Below the pieces are notes generated by a model. It did no database searches. It had not been told where the DNA came from and saw nothing but the letters and a program-made list of their open reading frames with translations. Of a stretch of 64,000 nt of DNA, positions 51,166 through 63,999 are shown piece by piece. This DNA is from Octopus vulgaris (lineage: Eukaryota). Made by a program: the position numbers and the translations under genes. The stretch is from the NCBI GenBank assembly GCA_951406725.2, contig OX597823.1:30628001-30692000 (forward strand), written 5' to 3'. The stretch's first letter is position 1. Every line of letters starts with the position of its first letter.

Positions 51166-51649
51166 TCATCATCATCATCATCATCATTTAACATGTTTTC
51201 CACACTGGTATGAACTGGACAGTTTGACCAGAGCTAGCAAACTGGAGAATTGTACCAGTGTCCACTCATGCATTTTGACCTGGTTTCTACAGCTAAATGC
51301 TCATCCTTAAAGAGTGTACTGAGTCCTTTTTACATGGCACTGGCACATGATTTTTATATGACACCAGCACCTGTCACTGCTGATGCCAAAAGAGGAATAA
51401 AAGTTCTTAGATATGTACAACAAAATATATTACTGATGACAGAAAAATAAGTCAGAAGTGATGGAAGTATTTTTCCTTCATTTATATACAGACCTAAAGT
51501 GTCTAGATTTTGTTATTTGTTATTGCAGGAGGCACTGTTCTTGTTTCTGGCCTGTATTAACAAAATAGATGCTATAAATAGAAGCATATTACTGTGTTAA
51601 AATGTGAATAATTGGTATTGTATCTTGTGATCAAAAGAACAGATCCTGT

Positions 51650-52285
51650 ACACACTAGATCTTTTCTGCAATCTGACCTGGAAACAATGCTGCAATGGAC
51701 TACCAACTGGCCGCTCAGGCTGGCAATAGACAAGTGTACCACTATATATTTTGGGCTAAAAAAAACTTGGAATTTTTTTAGCTACTTTCTCTATAAAACC
51801 AGCCATAAGAAGTCTTCTGGTAAATGTAACCCAGGCGTTATTATTGAGAATATTCTGCACTGGATGAACCTCATTTCTAAAATCGTCAAAAGGACCCAAG
51901 TTGTCATAGCATCATTTGTCAGCCACTTACCTGTTATCTATTTAAAACTATATATGGCTATAGTACATCAGACTGCTTACACTTCCAATCTGGAACTCCA
52001 ATCTTGTCCAAAATATTGATCTACTGGAAACCGTCAAAGACATGCAAACAGACAAATACCCTCCATCAGACACTAGTTTTGAATGTCTTAATACTCCAGG
52101 CATCGACACGCTAAACATTCAATGTTGAGCAGCTGGCTTGGAGGAACCCCACAAGATTATCCAATATATTTCCAATGATAACTTTTTAAATTCAAAAATT
52201 TAATATCTCTACAACACAGAGACATGATTATGAAATCAAGCACCCATAAATTTCAGAAATATTTTTTTCACACTCTGTCAAAGCA
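51650..52285 (+). mobile_element. CR1/L2-type LINE RT C-terminal relic
   Basis: LQSDLETMLQWTTNWPLRLAIDKC matches the LQ.DL..L..W...W.L..N..KC motif; heavily decayed downstream. Confidence 0.75.
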
Positions 52286-52638
52286 TTAACCCTTTCATTA
52301 CCAACCCAGCTGAAACTGGCTTTGGCTCTGTAATACAAATGTCTTGTTTTTCATAAGTTTTGAATTAAAATCTTCCACAAAACCTTAGTCACAATTTATG
52401 TTCCTAACACTAGCTGAATGATAAATAAGTTATTTTACTAAATGCTTTGTTATATTTAAAGTAATTGAAATAAATACAGAGCATCTCAACAGAAATACAG
52501 TAACGAAAGGCACATTTTTTACATTTGGCAGATATTTGTCCTCATCTTGTTTGTTGTTAACACGTTTCGGCTGATATACTCTCCAACCTTCATCAGGTGT
52601 CTTGGGGAAATTTTGAACCTGGGTTCTCATTCCTAAGA

Positions 52639-52674
<36 letters not shown>

Positions 52675-52932
52675 CATTATTACTATTATTACTATTAAGG
52701 TCACTGCTTGGAATCGAACTCGGAATTTTGGGGTTAGTAGCCTGCGCTCTTAACCACTACTCAAGTACTCAAGTTCGAAATTTCCCCAAGACACCTAATG
52801 AAGGCTGGAGGGTATATCAGCCAAAACATTGTGTTAACAACAAACAAGATGAGGACAAATATCCATCGAATGTAGATAATGTACATAATTCCTCGTCTCT
52901 TAAATATAGAACTGTAGTAACGAAAAGGTTAA
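52286..52932. mobile_element. Family F MITE with a family E inverted composite (52511-52915) inserted in its TIR
   Basis: AGTAACGAAA(A)GG duplicated at 52499-52510 and 52916-52928; hammerhead motifs at ~52559-52602 (-) and 52790-52836 (+, core mutated). Confidence 0.85.
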
Positions 52933-53221
52933 ATAGATTATCTACATCAGCTATTTGCTGTCAGAACATGGCTTCCTACAAAATCTCTCTGCTTCCAGAA
53001 ATTCACCAACACTGCTTCTGATGTACCTCTGCTTCTTTTACTCTTTATGGTTTTTTTACAGTTCACTTTTTCTCTTCTTTTGTGTAACGTGAAGAATTCT
53101 AACCTCCATTGCTGTCTTTCTTAACTTGACTTGTATGTCTTTTTTCTGTGTCCTCTTTGGCTTTATGATAAGTTATACTGAGTCTGAGCACCTTATACAA
53201 AAGCTCATTCATTCACCCATC

Positions 53222-53605
53222 TTTGAGTTCAAAGCCCACTAAGGTCAACTTTGCCTTTCATCCTTTCGGGGTCAATAAAATAAGTACCAGTTACATAACT
53301 GGGGTCAATGTAATTGAACTGGCCCTCCTCACCACCCCCTGTCGAAATTGCTGGTCTTGTGCCAAAATTTGAAATCATTGTTGTTGTTTAGTTAATTATT
53401 ATTATCAATAAACAAAAGGCACCAAATTAACAGAATTGTTAACATATCAGAGAAAATGCTTAGAAGCATTTATTCCAGCATTTTACAAATCCAGCTTTTG
53501 GTCCTTTTGGGCTTGATAAAATAAATACCAGCCAAATACTAGGGTCCATGTAATTGTCTTGCTGCCTCCCCTCAAATTTGATGGCCTTGCACCAAAATTA
53601 GAAAA
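53222..53605 (+). mobile_element. Two family B SINE fragments
   Basis: CTTTGCCTTTCATCCTTTCGGGGTCAATAAAATAAGTACCAG and a second diverged copy. Confidence 0.7.
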
Positions 53606-53966
53606 TAATTTTTTTTCCTTTCTTTCTTACGAAAACTTTTAGCTTATTTTGCTGAATATGATGGAAAGTGTCAGCTGCCCACAGCCAGCAGACTAAGGCA
53701 ACACTTGTTTACTGATCATGCTTCAAGAACCCTGCAGGGAACTATCATCATTGTCATTATTATTATTATCAATTGTAGTATTGAAAGCTATACATGTGCC
53801 TTAACCCTCTCTTTTGCTTCTTTGTCCCTGGCTACTTATCCTTACAGTTATATCTATTTACGTCCTGTATCTGCTTCCCTGGTTTCAATAGCCATCAACA
53901 ATTGAGACCACTTGGTGCTTTCTAGCATCAGACTTCATTTGACCAATGAAAATATAGTATGTTCTT

Positions 53967-54007
<41 letters not shown>

Positions 54008-54389
54008 ATACATCATTGTATCTGTATACAAATGTATAAAAACATATTTGTGTCATGTGTGTGTGTGTGTGTGTTTATACACTAACATATTTACATCTGT
54101 TCTTGCACTGGTGATACATAAAATGTGTCACATTCAATATAACTATATAACTATAACTATATATATATATGTATATATGCATGAATGTATACACACATAC
54201 ATATACATACTTGTCCACATACATATATATATATAAGTGTATGTGTATAGATACATGAGTGTGTGTTTATATATATATATATATATATTTTATTATAGAG
54301 TAAGAGCAGGGAAAATTGCATCAAAAAATTTATCACAGAAAATATACGTCCAAAATAATATTGTATTAATAGATTGATATATAAATTGT

Positions 54390-54766
54390 CATCATCATCA
54401 TCATTGTCATTTAACGTCCACTTTCCATGCTGACATGGGTCGGACGGCTTGACTGAAGATGGATGCGCTTCCTAACGCCAACCACTCCAAGAGTGTAGTG
54501 GGTGCTTTTACATGCCACTGGCACGAGGGCCAGTCAGGCAGTACTGGCAACAACCACACTCAAAAGGTGCTTTTTACATTCCACCTGCACGGGAGCCAAT
54601 ATGGTGGCACTGGCAAAGACCATGCTCGAATGTTGTTTTTCACGTGCCATCGACACATGACCCAGTAAAGCAACGCTGGCAACGATCACGCTCAAATGGT
54701 GCTTTTTATGTGCCACCGGCAGAGGAGCCAGTCAGCAGCCCTGGCAATGATCCCACTTGGATGGTA
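54390..54766 (-). mobile_element. Family D repeat with ~58-bp subrepeats
   Basis: Reverse complement of the 5520-5945 type; a further copy at 55228-55570. Confidence 0.8.
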
Positions 54767-55869
54767 TACTTATTTAAAAAGTTCAAAATATCTTACGAAC
54801 ATTTGATGAATGTATTACCCTTTGAAATGAAATCTAAAATCTAAAAGCTGCCATTCTTTGTTTGCTGTCTGCAAGTCATGCATTTCATTGATGTTCAGTT
54901 TCAGATGTAGATCAAGCTTTCTTTCTCAAGATGAGATGTTAGTCTGTCACAGGGTTATTCACTGGGCTCCTCACAGGGTTACTCAAAAACACGTGTGATC
55001 TGGTCCAGGAATCAAAGCCATGATTTTACAATTAGGAGTCCAACACACTAACCACTAAGCCATGCACCTCCACACAAGGATGTGTGTGTGTGTGCTTTCA
55101 CATATACACACAAATGTGTATCAAAGTAATTTCAGTTGAGAAGGGAGATAAAGTATCCACACTTCTTGTATGTGGTGCATTAATATAATCCTGTTCAGAC
55201 GTAGAATGCATCCATATTTCAGTTTAATCATCATCCTCATCGTTTAATGTCCGTTTTCCATGCCAGCATGGGTTGGATGGGTTGGACGATTTGACTGAGG
55301 TCTGGAGAGCTAGCAGCTGCACCAGGCTCCAATCTGATCTGGCAATGTTTCTACAGCTGGATGCCCTTCCTAACACCAAACACTCCAAGAGTGTAGTGGG
55401 TGCTTTTTACACGCCACCAGCACAGGAGCCTGGCATTGATCACATTCGGATATTGCATTTTAAATGCCACCATCATGGTGGCCAGTCAGGGGTACTGGTG
55501 TCAACCACGTTCAGTTGGTGCTTTTTACGTGCCATTGGCACAAGAGCCAGTCAGTGGGTACTGGTATCAGCAGTCCGGGGTTAGTATTTAAGATATCCAC
55601 ACTGAGTCTACAAATTGATCCTTTCCATCTATCCAGTCTATGTTGGTAAAACACAGATTTAGGTTTCTTCTTGGTATATAACTGTTCCAATACTCATTGA
55701 TACTCTGAGTTGTCTTTTCTGTGTAAGTTTAAAGGTTTTTTTGAGAGCCTCAATTCTTTAGCATTTAAATTGACAATATATGTCCCAATTGCTCTGTTTT
55801 ATGTTCAAACTGGCCAGATCCAGTCTCTTACATCTATCTTATCATGTCATTCTGAAAAAATAAGCAATC

Positions 55870-56027
55870 AGGCATAGGAGTGGCTGTGTGGTAAGAAGTT
55901 TGCTTCTCAACCACATGATTCCAGGTTCAATCACACTACATGGCACCTTGGGTGAGTGCCTTGTACTATGGCCTCAGGCTGACCAAAGCCCTGTGAGTGG
56001 ATTTGGTAGACAGAAATTGAAAGAATC

Positions 56028-56035
<8 letters not shown>
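55870..56035 (+). mobile_element. Family A SINE, 5' part
   Basis: AGGAGTGGCTGTGTGGTAAG..GGCACCTTGGG..GGATTTGGTAGAC. Confidence 0.8.
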
Positions 56036-56058
<23 letters not shown>

Positions 56059-56680
56059 GACTCAGGAAAACCTGGGATGAGGTGGTGAAGCACGACCTTT
56101 GAGCATTGGGCCTTACTGAGGCAATGACTAGTGACCAAGACCTTTGGCGATATGCTGTGCTTGAGAAGACCTGACAAGCCAAGTGAGACCATAGCCCATG
56201 GCCTTTGTCATTGGGTGTAACCATCCCACTTATGAGCACCCCTCATTCATTGGACAATAAATTTTGTTTGTTAAGACCTATTGAGGCAAGTGAAATCAGA
56301 ATCAAAATCGCTGATGCCACTGATGACAGTACCACATGATTGGCACTCATGCCAGTGGAACGTTAAAAGCACATCTGAATGCGGGGTGTAACCGGCCGAC
56401 TTATGAGTACCCTTCATTCATTGGACAATGAACTTTGCTTGCGAAGATCTATTGAGGCAAGTGCAAACAAATCAAAATCACTGACGTGGCCGATGACAGT
56501 ACTGCCTGATTGGCACTCATGCCAATGGAACATTAAAAGCACATCCGAACGTGATCGTTGCCAGGGCCACGGATTGGCTCCCGTGCTGGTGAAACATGAA
56601 AAGCACCATTTGAGCATGATCGTTGTCCAGCGCCGTCAGACTGGCTCCCATGCAGATAGCACGTAAAAACACCTTGTGAG
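56059..56680 (+). mobile_element. RTE-LINE ORF end and 3' UTR with a 172-bp internal duplication
   Basis: RKTWDEVVKHDL..DQDLWRYAVLEKT; GGGTGTAACC..TTATGAG.ACCC at 56213 and 56385. Confidence 0.8.
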
Positions 56681-59600
56681 CTAATGCTGCGTCAACTGCT
56701 GCTGCACAACCTGCAGAGAATGAACACCAGCGTAAACTTCGACGAACTGCTAATGCTGCATCAACTGCTGCTGCACAACTTGCAGAGAATAAAAAACGAA
56801 CGCACTACACGCCTGATTAGGAATGCTGCCAACATGTCTACTGCACGAGCTTCCCACACCTTACAACAGAGATATACTATGCTGCAGATATCCGTTCAAC
56901 AAAGAGCTAATAGACGTGGAATTTTCAACGCCATGCAGCTCACGATGGTCATTAAAGGCTTTCGACTACAACCCTAAGCTTCATTATGATTGTCACCCAG
57001 ATATGAACATTAGAGATATGTCCATCACTTGATCTTTCTGCAATGCTAAGAAGTGGTCAAGAGAAACTCCTGCTATGTGTTGCGCTAATGGAAAAGTTAA
57101 CCCCACTCCGCTGCAGGATGCACCACAGCTGTTAAAGTTACTCTACACTGGCACAACTACAGAGTCGAAACATTTCCTCAATAACATCCGGAAGTACAAT
57201 TGTGCATTCCAAATTACAGCTTTCAGCGCTAATGTTGTTCAAGAAGGCGGGTTTATGCCTACTTTCAAAGTGCAGGGACAGATTTACCATAGGATAGGAT
57301 CGCTTGAACCTGCTGAAAATCAAGATCCTTCAACTGTACTTTGTAGGCAATTTATATGAACAAGCCACCCGACGAAACTCCATTTCCACTGGCACTAACT
57401 TTCACCTGATAATGCAATTTCAAAACCTTTTGCACCAGAAAAGCTGCTACGTACGCAGCTTCAAGTATGCCTTGGAAACAGAAGCTCTATCAAATTTTAA
57501 TGTTGTCATTAATGCTCAGAAAAGACCTTCTGTTACAATGCACCCACATGCAATGAAATAGCGGTACTCCTTCACGGTGAACAGCACAATCTCAGAGACA
57601 TTGTCCTTAGGCGACGTGACAACACTCTCCAACGAATTAGTGAAACGCACCGATCCTACGATACGCTTCAATATCCACTTCTGATTGTTAACGGTGAGGA
57701 CGGCTACCACATCGGTATACTACAGCAAGATCCCCAAAAGCGTAATGAACATCTCAACAAAGCAGTATCCTGCATGGACTTCTACTCATACCGATTTATG
57801 ATCCGAAACAACTGCTGTGATCACCTCGAGAGCTGTTTCATCGATTTGCAGTCGATATGTGCGCAAAAATGGAATCAGAGAGATTGTATTTCATCAGGTC
57901 ACATAAAAAAAATTGCGTTCTGACAGCTAGATCCATCTCCGAGATGTCATCAACAATGATGCTGCTCCAACAAGCATAGGAAGAGTTTGCATCTTGCCCT
58001 CCACGTTCACTGGAAGTCCCCGATACATGCATGCAAGAACACAGGATGCAATGACCTTTGTCCGCCACTACGGCAGGCCTGACCTGTTCATAACTTTCAC
58101 ATGCAATCCTAAGTGGAAGGGAGATTCAGACCGAACTCTTCTTCGGCCAAAAGCCTAAAGACAGGCATGACCTCCTCGCCCGAGTTTTCCATCTGAAGTT
58201 AATCACTCTCATGGAGCTCATAAAAAAAACGGAAGTCTTCGAACCCATACAATGTGACATGTACACAATCGAATGGCAAAAAAGAGGCCTTCCACATGTT
58301 CATATCCTGCTTTGGCTGTCAACGAAGATCAAATCCACTGACATCGACAAGATAATCTCTGCAGAGCTTCCTGATCCAGCTTTACACAAAGTACTATACG
58401 AAACAGTTACGGCAAACATGGTGCATGGTCCATGTGGGCGTGGATTCAACATAAACTCACCATGCTTGAAAGACAGTGTATGTTCGAAAAGGTTTCCAAG
58501 GAAGTTCCTACAAGAAACTCAGACAAGTGCTGATGGGTATTCATCATAGAGACGGAGAAAACCAGAAGACGGCGGTTTCACAGCAACTATCGGACAGCAC
58601 GCGGTTGAAAATAGGTGGATTGTTCCCTACTGCCCAATCCTGTCAAAGAATTTCCAAGCCCACATCAACGTTGAGTTTTGCAACTCCGTTAAGTCCATAA
58701 AGTACGTTTGTAAGCATGTGAACAAGGGTTCTGACACTGCAATGTTTGGACTTCAACAAGAATACTGCCAGGATGAGGTGATGCACTATCCGGTGGGGCG
58801 GTACTTAAGTAGCAACGAGGCTTTCTGGCGCATCTTTGGCCTTCCACTTCACCAACGACACCCCGCCATTCAACAGTCTGTTAGAAGATAGTGCACAATG
58901 GGATGCAACTTTGGGAGAGGCTGCTTTATCAGAATCACCTACAAGTCTCAGGGCACTATTTGCGGTATTACTACAGACATGCGAATTGTGTGATCCTGCC
59001 ACACTATGGATCAAATACAGAGACAACCTGGCCGAAGACTTTAAGCGGCAAGCTCAACTGCTCTATCCTGGCATGGAGGGTATCGGCAATGAAGTCTACA
59101 ATAAAACTCTCATTGACATTGAAGACAGAATTGCTACACTCGGTGGAAATGAATTGTCCACGTATGGCCTGCCACAAACATTCAGGCCTTCCCACTGCTG
59201 TCATTCATGAAACATCCAATGGCACTCAAGCGCTTTCAAAGTACATTGTTGAAAACGAGCCTAAATTACTTCTGGACCAGCTGCAGGCCTACAGAACTAT
59301 TCTCAACAGTGTACGCCAACGCGAGGGACGAATCTTCTTCCTGGATGAACAAGAAAAACATTTATTACGAAGCTTCTCTTTGCAAAGTTAAGCAGCACCA
59401 GGACATCGTGGTAGCTGTGGTTTCCTCTGGGATTGCAGCTACTTTGTTATCCGGTGGCAGGACAGCACACTCGACTTTTAAACTCCCTCTGAATTTAGCA
59501 GCATCCGTGATGCATTCATGCAACATCAGCAAAAGCACAGATCAGGGGCAGATACTTAAAAGGTGTCATCTAATCGTCTGGGATGAGTACACCATGGCTC

Positions 59601-60049
59601 ACAAGGGAGCTTTGGAAGCATTAGATAGTGCCCTGAAAGACATCCGAGACTGTCAGGCTCTAATGGAAGGTGTAACACTTCTGTTGTCAGGTGATTTCAG
59701 GCAAACTCTTCCTGTCATTCCGGAAGGCACAAGAGCAGATGAGGTCCAAGCATGCCTGAAGTCCTCTGCCCTGTAGCATCATGTTACGACCCTCAGCCTT
59801 ACCACTAACATGAGAGCTCAGCTACACGGCAACCAAATGTCCGCAAAGTTTTCACAGGACATTTTGACACTTGGTGATGGCAAAGTGCCTCTCGATGCTG
59901 CAGGAGAAATGAAAATGTGGCCATTTTCCTCTGTTATTAATTCTGTGGATGAGCTCAAATACAAAGTCTTTCCCAACTTCACAGAAAACTACCAAAATCA
60001 CAATTGGCTGTGAGAAAGAGCAATATTAGCTCCAAAAAACGTCGCTGTT
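56681..60049 (+). pseudogene. Decayed Helitron Rep-helicase (HUH Rep + PIF1-family helicase) coding region
   Basis: N-terminal 23-aa repeats; FC.AKKW..E..MCCANGKV; NIRKYNCAFQ; FKVQGQIYHRIG; PDLFITFTCNPKW (58078-58116); EWQKRGLPHVH (HUH); KYVCKHVNKG; SSGIAATLLSGGRTAHSTFKLP; LIVWDE; GDFRQTLPV; AILAPKN. Many stops and frameshifts; termini missing. Confidence 0.95.
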
Positions 60050-60769
60050 AAAAAAAAAGTTCATTTTCCATGTTTTTTTTTATGTTCTGGTTTTTTTTTG
60101 ACGTCCTGTACCCATATATGCATGTATATACACACACACATATATATGTAGGTATGTACATATATGTATGTATATACATATATATTATTATTATTACTAT
60201 TATATATACATTATTAAATCTCAGAACGAGATGAAAACAGTAATCGCTCGACAATGTAAAGTATAATAGCCATCTCAATATGGCTAAGCTACAGTAACAC
60301 TCCCCCCCACTTTGTGGTTAGCCATATTGAGATGGCAATTATACTTTATATATACATTGCTTGCCAACTAATGTTGGTATGTTTACGTCCCCATAAATTA
60401 GCAGCTTTACAAAAGAGACCGATAGAATGAGTACGTGGGGTCGATGCTACTCGATTCCTTTATGCGAAGCCTGCAAGGTTTAGTATGTGTTACATGGTGT
60501 TGATTCAGTAATTATCGACCACCTTTAATTATACTCAATGTTAGACTCTTTGAGGTGTTTAATGTATGATGCTAATGTCATGGAATTTTTGGGGTGAATA
60601 ATTGAATTCTTGTGTCCCCTATATCTATTTTTAAAATCAATAGTACTTCCTATCTAAATTTTCCTGTGTCACGTAGGGCTTACTGATCTAACTTCGCAGC
60701 CCACTCTCTATATATGTACATTGCATGCAAATCACACAGACGTAGGTGTGTATGCATATACACCCCACG

Positions 60770-61180
60770 TTCGCCAGCGCGCATTTTTTTTTCATATTCG
60801 TTTACTACACGTTGTTGTACACATATTACCTATTACGCGATTTAAAAAAAAAATTTGGGGGGGGGGGCTGTGTTGAGACGACGCGGAACACTCACGATGT
60901 GAATTTTCCGAGTCCTCTCCCCCACCCCCGTTCACCAGCGCGCATTCTTTTTCATATTTGTTTTCTACATGTTGTTTTACACCTATTACACTATTTTTTT
61001 TGTTTTTGCTCGGATCAAACACTGGAGTTTAAAGGTCAAGGTTTGACGATGTGAATTTTCCGAGTCCTCTCCCCCACCCCCAATGGCGAGCGCGCATTTT
61101 TTTTCACATTCGTTTAGAGCAAGTTGTTTTACACCTGTTACACTATTTTTTTTTTCTTTCTTTTTGCTCTGGTCAAACCC
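60770..61180. repeat. Degenerate ~150-bp direct repeats (2.5 copies) in a probable DNA-element relic
   Basis: ACGATGTGAATTTTCCGAGTCCTCTCCCCCACCCC at 60894 and 61046; GCGCGCATTTTT..TTCA.ATT.GTTT three times. Confidence 0.7.
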
Positions 61181-61882
61181 TTTAGTCTAATTCCACCCCC
61201 TTTTTGTTTCCTTTGCCAGAGGGGTTGGAGAGGCGGAAAATAAAAATTTTGAAAACGTGTTTTTGAGGTTTCCAAAATCTTCAATTTTTAAGTAGACTCC
61301 AACCGGAAAGTTCGACAAGTTAGAAACAACAGCCAAACCGAAGATCCACTTTCTAAATACGAAATACCAAAAGAGAAAAGGAATTTAAAATGTTATTTTG
61401 TGTGTGTGTGCAAAAACTAAATTTTACATACCTCTCTTAATTCCGAAAGACCCTCAACCACAACATGTTCACTTTCTGTCACAGACAGATACGCTGGCGG
61501 AGGGGAGGGGTTAGTTATTTATTTTTGAAAAATTGAAATTTTATAAATTTTTTTTTTTTCAGAATCATAATCTCCGTATGTTTCTATGTATTTCGCAAAA
61601 AAGAATTTCTTATAAAACCCCCAGATTTGGGGGTGGGTTGGGTTGGGTTAGGGGAAATTCAAATTTTGAAATGCCGATTTTTTTTTTTTGCAGATTCGGA
61701 ATCTCTGCAGTCGAAAAAGTGGGTTTCTGTAGAATAAAAAAGACAAAAAAAAAAAAAAAACGAAAAGGGGGTGCAGTCCATGTCCCTTACCTCCGCCAAG
61801 TAATTTACCAACATTAAACCAAAAATTATCAAGAAAGTATCAATGAAGCAAATGAAAAATTGTTAAAAAAAAAAAAAAGGCA

Positions 61883-62292
61883 ATCTTTCGTCTCTAGTAG
61901 ACCTTTCCGTCGATTTCCGTAAAAATTTTTTATTTTTTTACATATGGGCTTGCGGGAACTTTTGAAGTAATAAGAGCGAAAGAGACTAAGAGAAAGCGAT
62001 TGTATGACGAGGGAAGTTCTTTTGAAGTTACCGTGCATGGCAAGCATTGATGTACATGTGTGTGTGTTTGATGGGGTGTGGGAGACAGACAGTATGTTGT
62101 GTAAGTGAAGTGCTTCTGTTAGTGTGTGTGAAGAAACAGAGTAATGTGTGAAAGAAAGAGATAACTGAAATTTTTTACTCGGTGTATGTGTATTTGTATG
62201 TATATTACTTCAAAAGTTCCCGCAAGCCCATATGTAAAAAAAATATATTTTTTTACGGAAATCGACGGAAAGGTCTACTAGAGACGAAAGAT
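61883..62292. mobile_element. MITE-like element with ~90-bp terminal inverted repeats
   Basis: 61883-61972 (ATCTTTCGTCTCTAGTAGACC..GAAGTAATA) is nearly the perfect reverse complement of 62203-62292. Confidence 0.85.
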
Positions 62293-62607
62293 CGCCGGTA
62301 ACCCGGTAATAAATATACACACAAAATAAAAACCATGTCAGATGAAAATAAATATGTTTTGTAACAGATTTTACTAAATAAAAAATAATTATACAGGTGA
62401 GAATTACATGAAATAAAAATGTGGTCTGAAAACTGGTGGAATAAATTTCTGCTGTAATTCATCCCATTTTGGACAGTTTTGTTTTGTTAGAAAAATAAAA
62501 TAGAAAGTTATGTGAAAAACACGTGTTTTTTTGTAATATGTATTATTATAAAAGAGTGAGAGAAAGTATGTGTGTGTGTGAGATAAACAAGAAGTATATG
62601 GACGGAC

Positions 62608-63999
62608 TTAGGTTTTGAGTATAGTGGTAGCTACTAATAAATAACCACCAGTACCACTCATGTTTACAAGAGGGTGGGTCCTCATAGGTAAAACCTGAAA
62701 CTCTCGCAACCATGTTTCTGTTAAACGGAAATTTACCAAACATCCAAGTTCTCGCAACTGAGCATAACATTCCAACAAACTCTCCTTGTATTGGGAATAC
62801 ACGACGATTTGTCGTGATGGTCGAAGATACCGTAGTAAGTTTAATACTAGAGGGGTCGGATAAAATTTAGAAGCAATTATAATACAATCCAGTTCTTTAC
62901 TGACCATCAGGCTTTGTGTTGTAACCAACTTTTTTACAAAACTTTCACGTTTTGCTTCACGATTTTCAAATGTCCCACGATATCGTTTTTTCTCTGGTTT
63001 CACACTATCCACAGTTTCATTTTGTTTTTCCTCTAAAGATGTCGCTTTAGAATCAGTAACGCTGCTGTCCACATTGTTTTTGCTTTTATCTTCGCAATTG
63101 TCAGATTCTTCATTCTTCATTTCACTTTTGTTATCATTTGTGTCTTCGGGCGAAAGTTCTGGGTTCGATTCCATCTCATTATCGGTACCTTCAGACTTAA
63201 CAATAGTAGCTGCAGTTTCGTTACTTTCCTCGTTGTCAGGACTAGTTTCAAGTTTGAGCGCTTTCACTTTTGGTTCGTTTTCGTCAACAGCAGCAGGTTT
63301 ACTATCATCATCAATTATAATGTTACCGGTGTGTTTCAGTAAATTTAATTTCTCCATGGGGAACGAATGTAAAGTATCCATGTGGTCTTGATCGAAATCG
63401 TAACAGTCAACAGCAGGACGTGAAGGATGCTGACCATGATAAACATGGATCACATTTCCTCGGCCACCTAACCGCTCCATAACTGCCCCAACAACGATTC
63501 CAAGACAAGTGTCTACCACAGCAACGTTCATATCGGCACGAATATTACCTAGCATGAGAATCTGAGCCAAAGAATCGATTCTCAAGTGACAAATTTTGGC
63601 AGGGCTTTTCGCAAAATACATTTCGATTAGTATTCTTGTGGTAGGTCGTAGAACTACGAAGACTAGCATGTATTTTCGTTTCTTTTTCTTAATATATTTG
63701 TCCTGGGCGTATTCAGTTTTCAGAGAAAATGTCGAACTGTTTTCAATAAGACGTCCAACGATGCTTTCACCAGCCAAACCATCTTTTTTCATGGCCATTA
63801 TTTCTTCGTGTGACAACTGCTGGTTACTGTCTTTACCAACAATGTTGCGGTTGTCAACACCCTTTCCACAATCAGGAATGTTAACCTTCCACGAATGACG
63901 ATCTACTTGGACGATGGTGTCATTCTTCACTTCGAATCTGGAGCCATACGGACAGCCAACCATGCCATCCAGTTTAAATTTGTGCTTATCAACGAAGAC
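62608..63999 (-). CDS. TRMT6: tRNA (adenine-58-N1)-methyltransferase non-catalytic subunit TRM6/Gcd10; intron-free, 5' end beyond the window
   Basis: 464 open codons up to the window edge (VFVDKHKFKLDG precedes the tracked Met); motifs DNRNI..QQLSHEEI..MK, ENSSTF..KTEYAQDKYIKKKK, LRIDSLAQIL, ERLGG.G, L.ETWLREFQVLP.RTHP..MSGTGGYLL are characteristic of TRM6. Confidence 0.95.
   Translation of the reverse strand, partial: VFVDKHKFKLDGMVGCPYGSRFEVKNDTIVQVDRHSWKVNIPDCGKGVDNRNIVGKDSNQQLSHEEIMAMKKDGLAGESIVGRLIENSSTFSLKTEYAQDKYIKKKKRKYMLVFVVLRPTTRILIEMYFAKSPAKICHLRIDSLAQILMLGNIRADMNVAVVDTCLGIVVGAVMERLGGRGNVIHVYHGQHPSRPAVDCYDFDQDHMDTLHSFPMEKLNLLKHTGNIIIDDDSKPAAVDENEPKVKALKLETSPDNEESNETAATIVKSEGTDNEMESNPELSPEDTNDNKSEMKNEESDNCEDKSKNNVDSSVTDSKATSLEEKQNETVDSVKPEKKRYRGTFENREAKRESFVKKLVTTQSLMVSKELDCIIIASKFYPTPLVLNLLRYLRPSRQIVVYSQYKESLLECYAQLRELGCLVNFRLTETWLREFQVLPMRTHPLVNMSGTGGYLLVATTILKT

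Noticed and set aside
61495-61800. Helentron/HINE-type subterminal repeats (TGGCGGAGG / CCTCCGCCA)
   Set aside because: Only a 9-bp inverted match, single copy in the window, and termini not definable.
63074-63898. Plus-strand ORFs overlapping TRMT6
   Set aside because: Antisense shadows of the real coding sequence.
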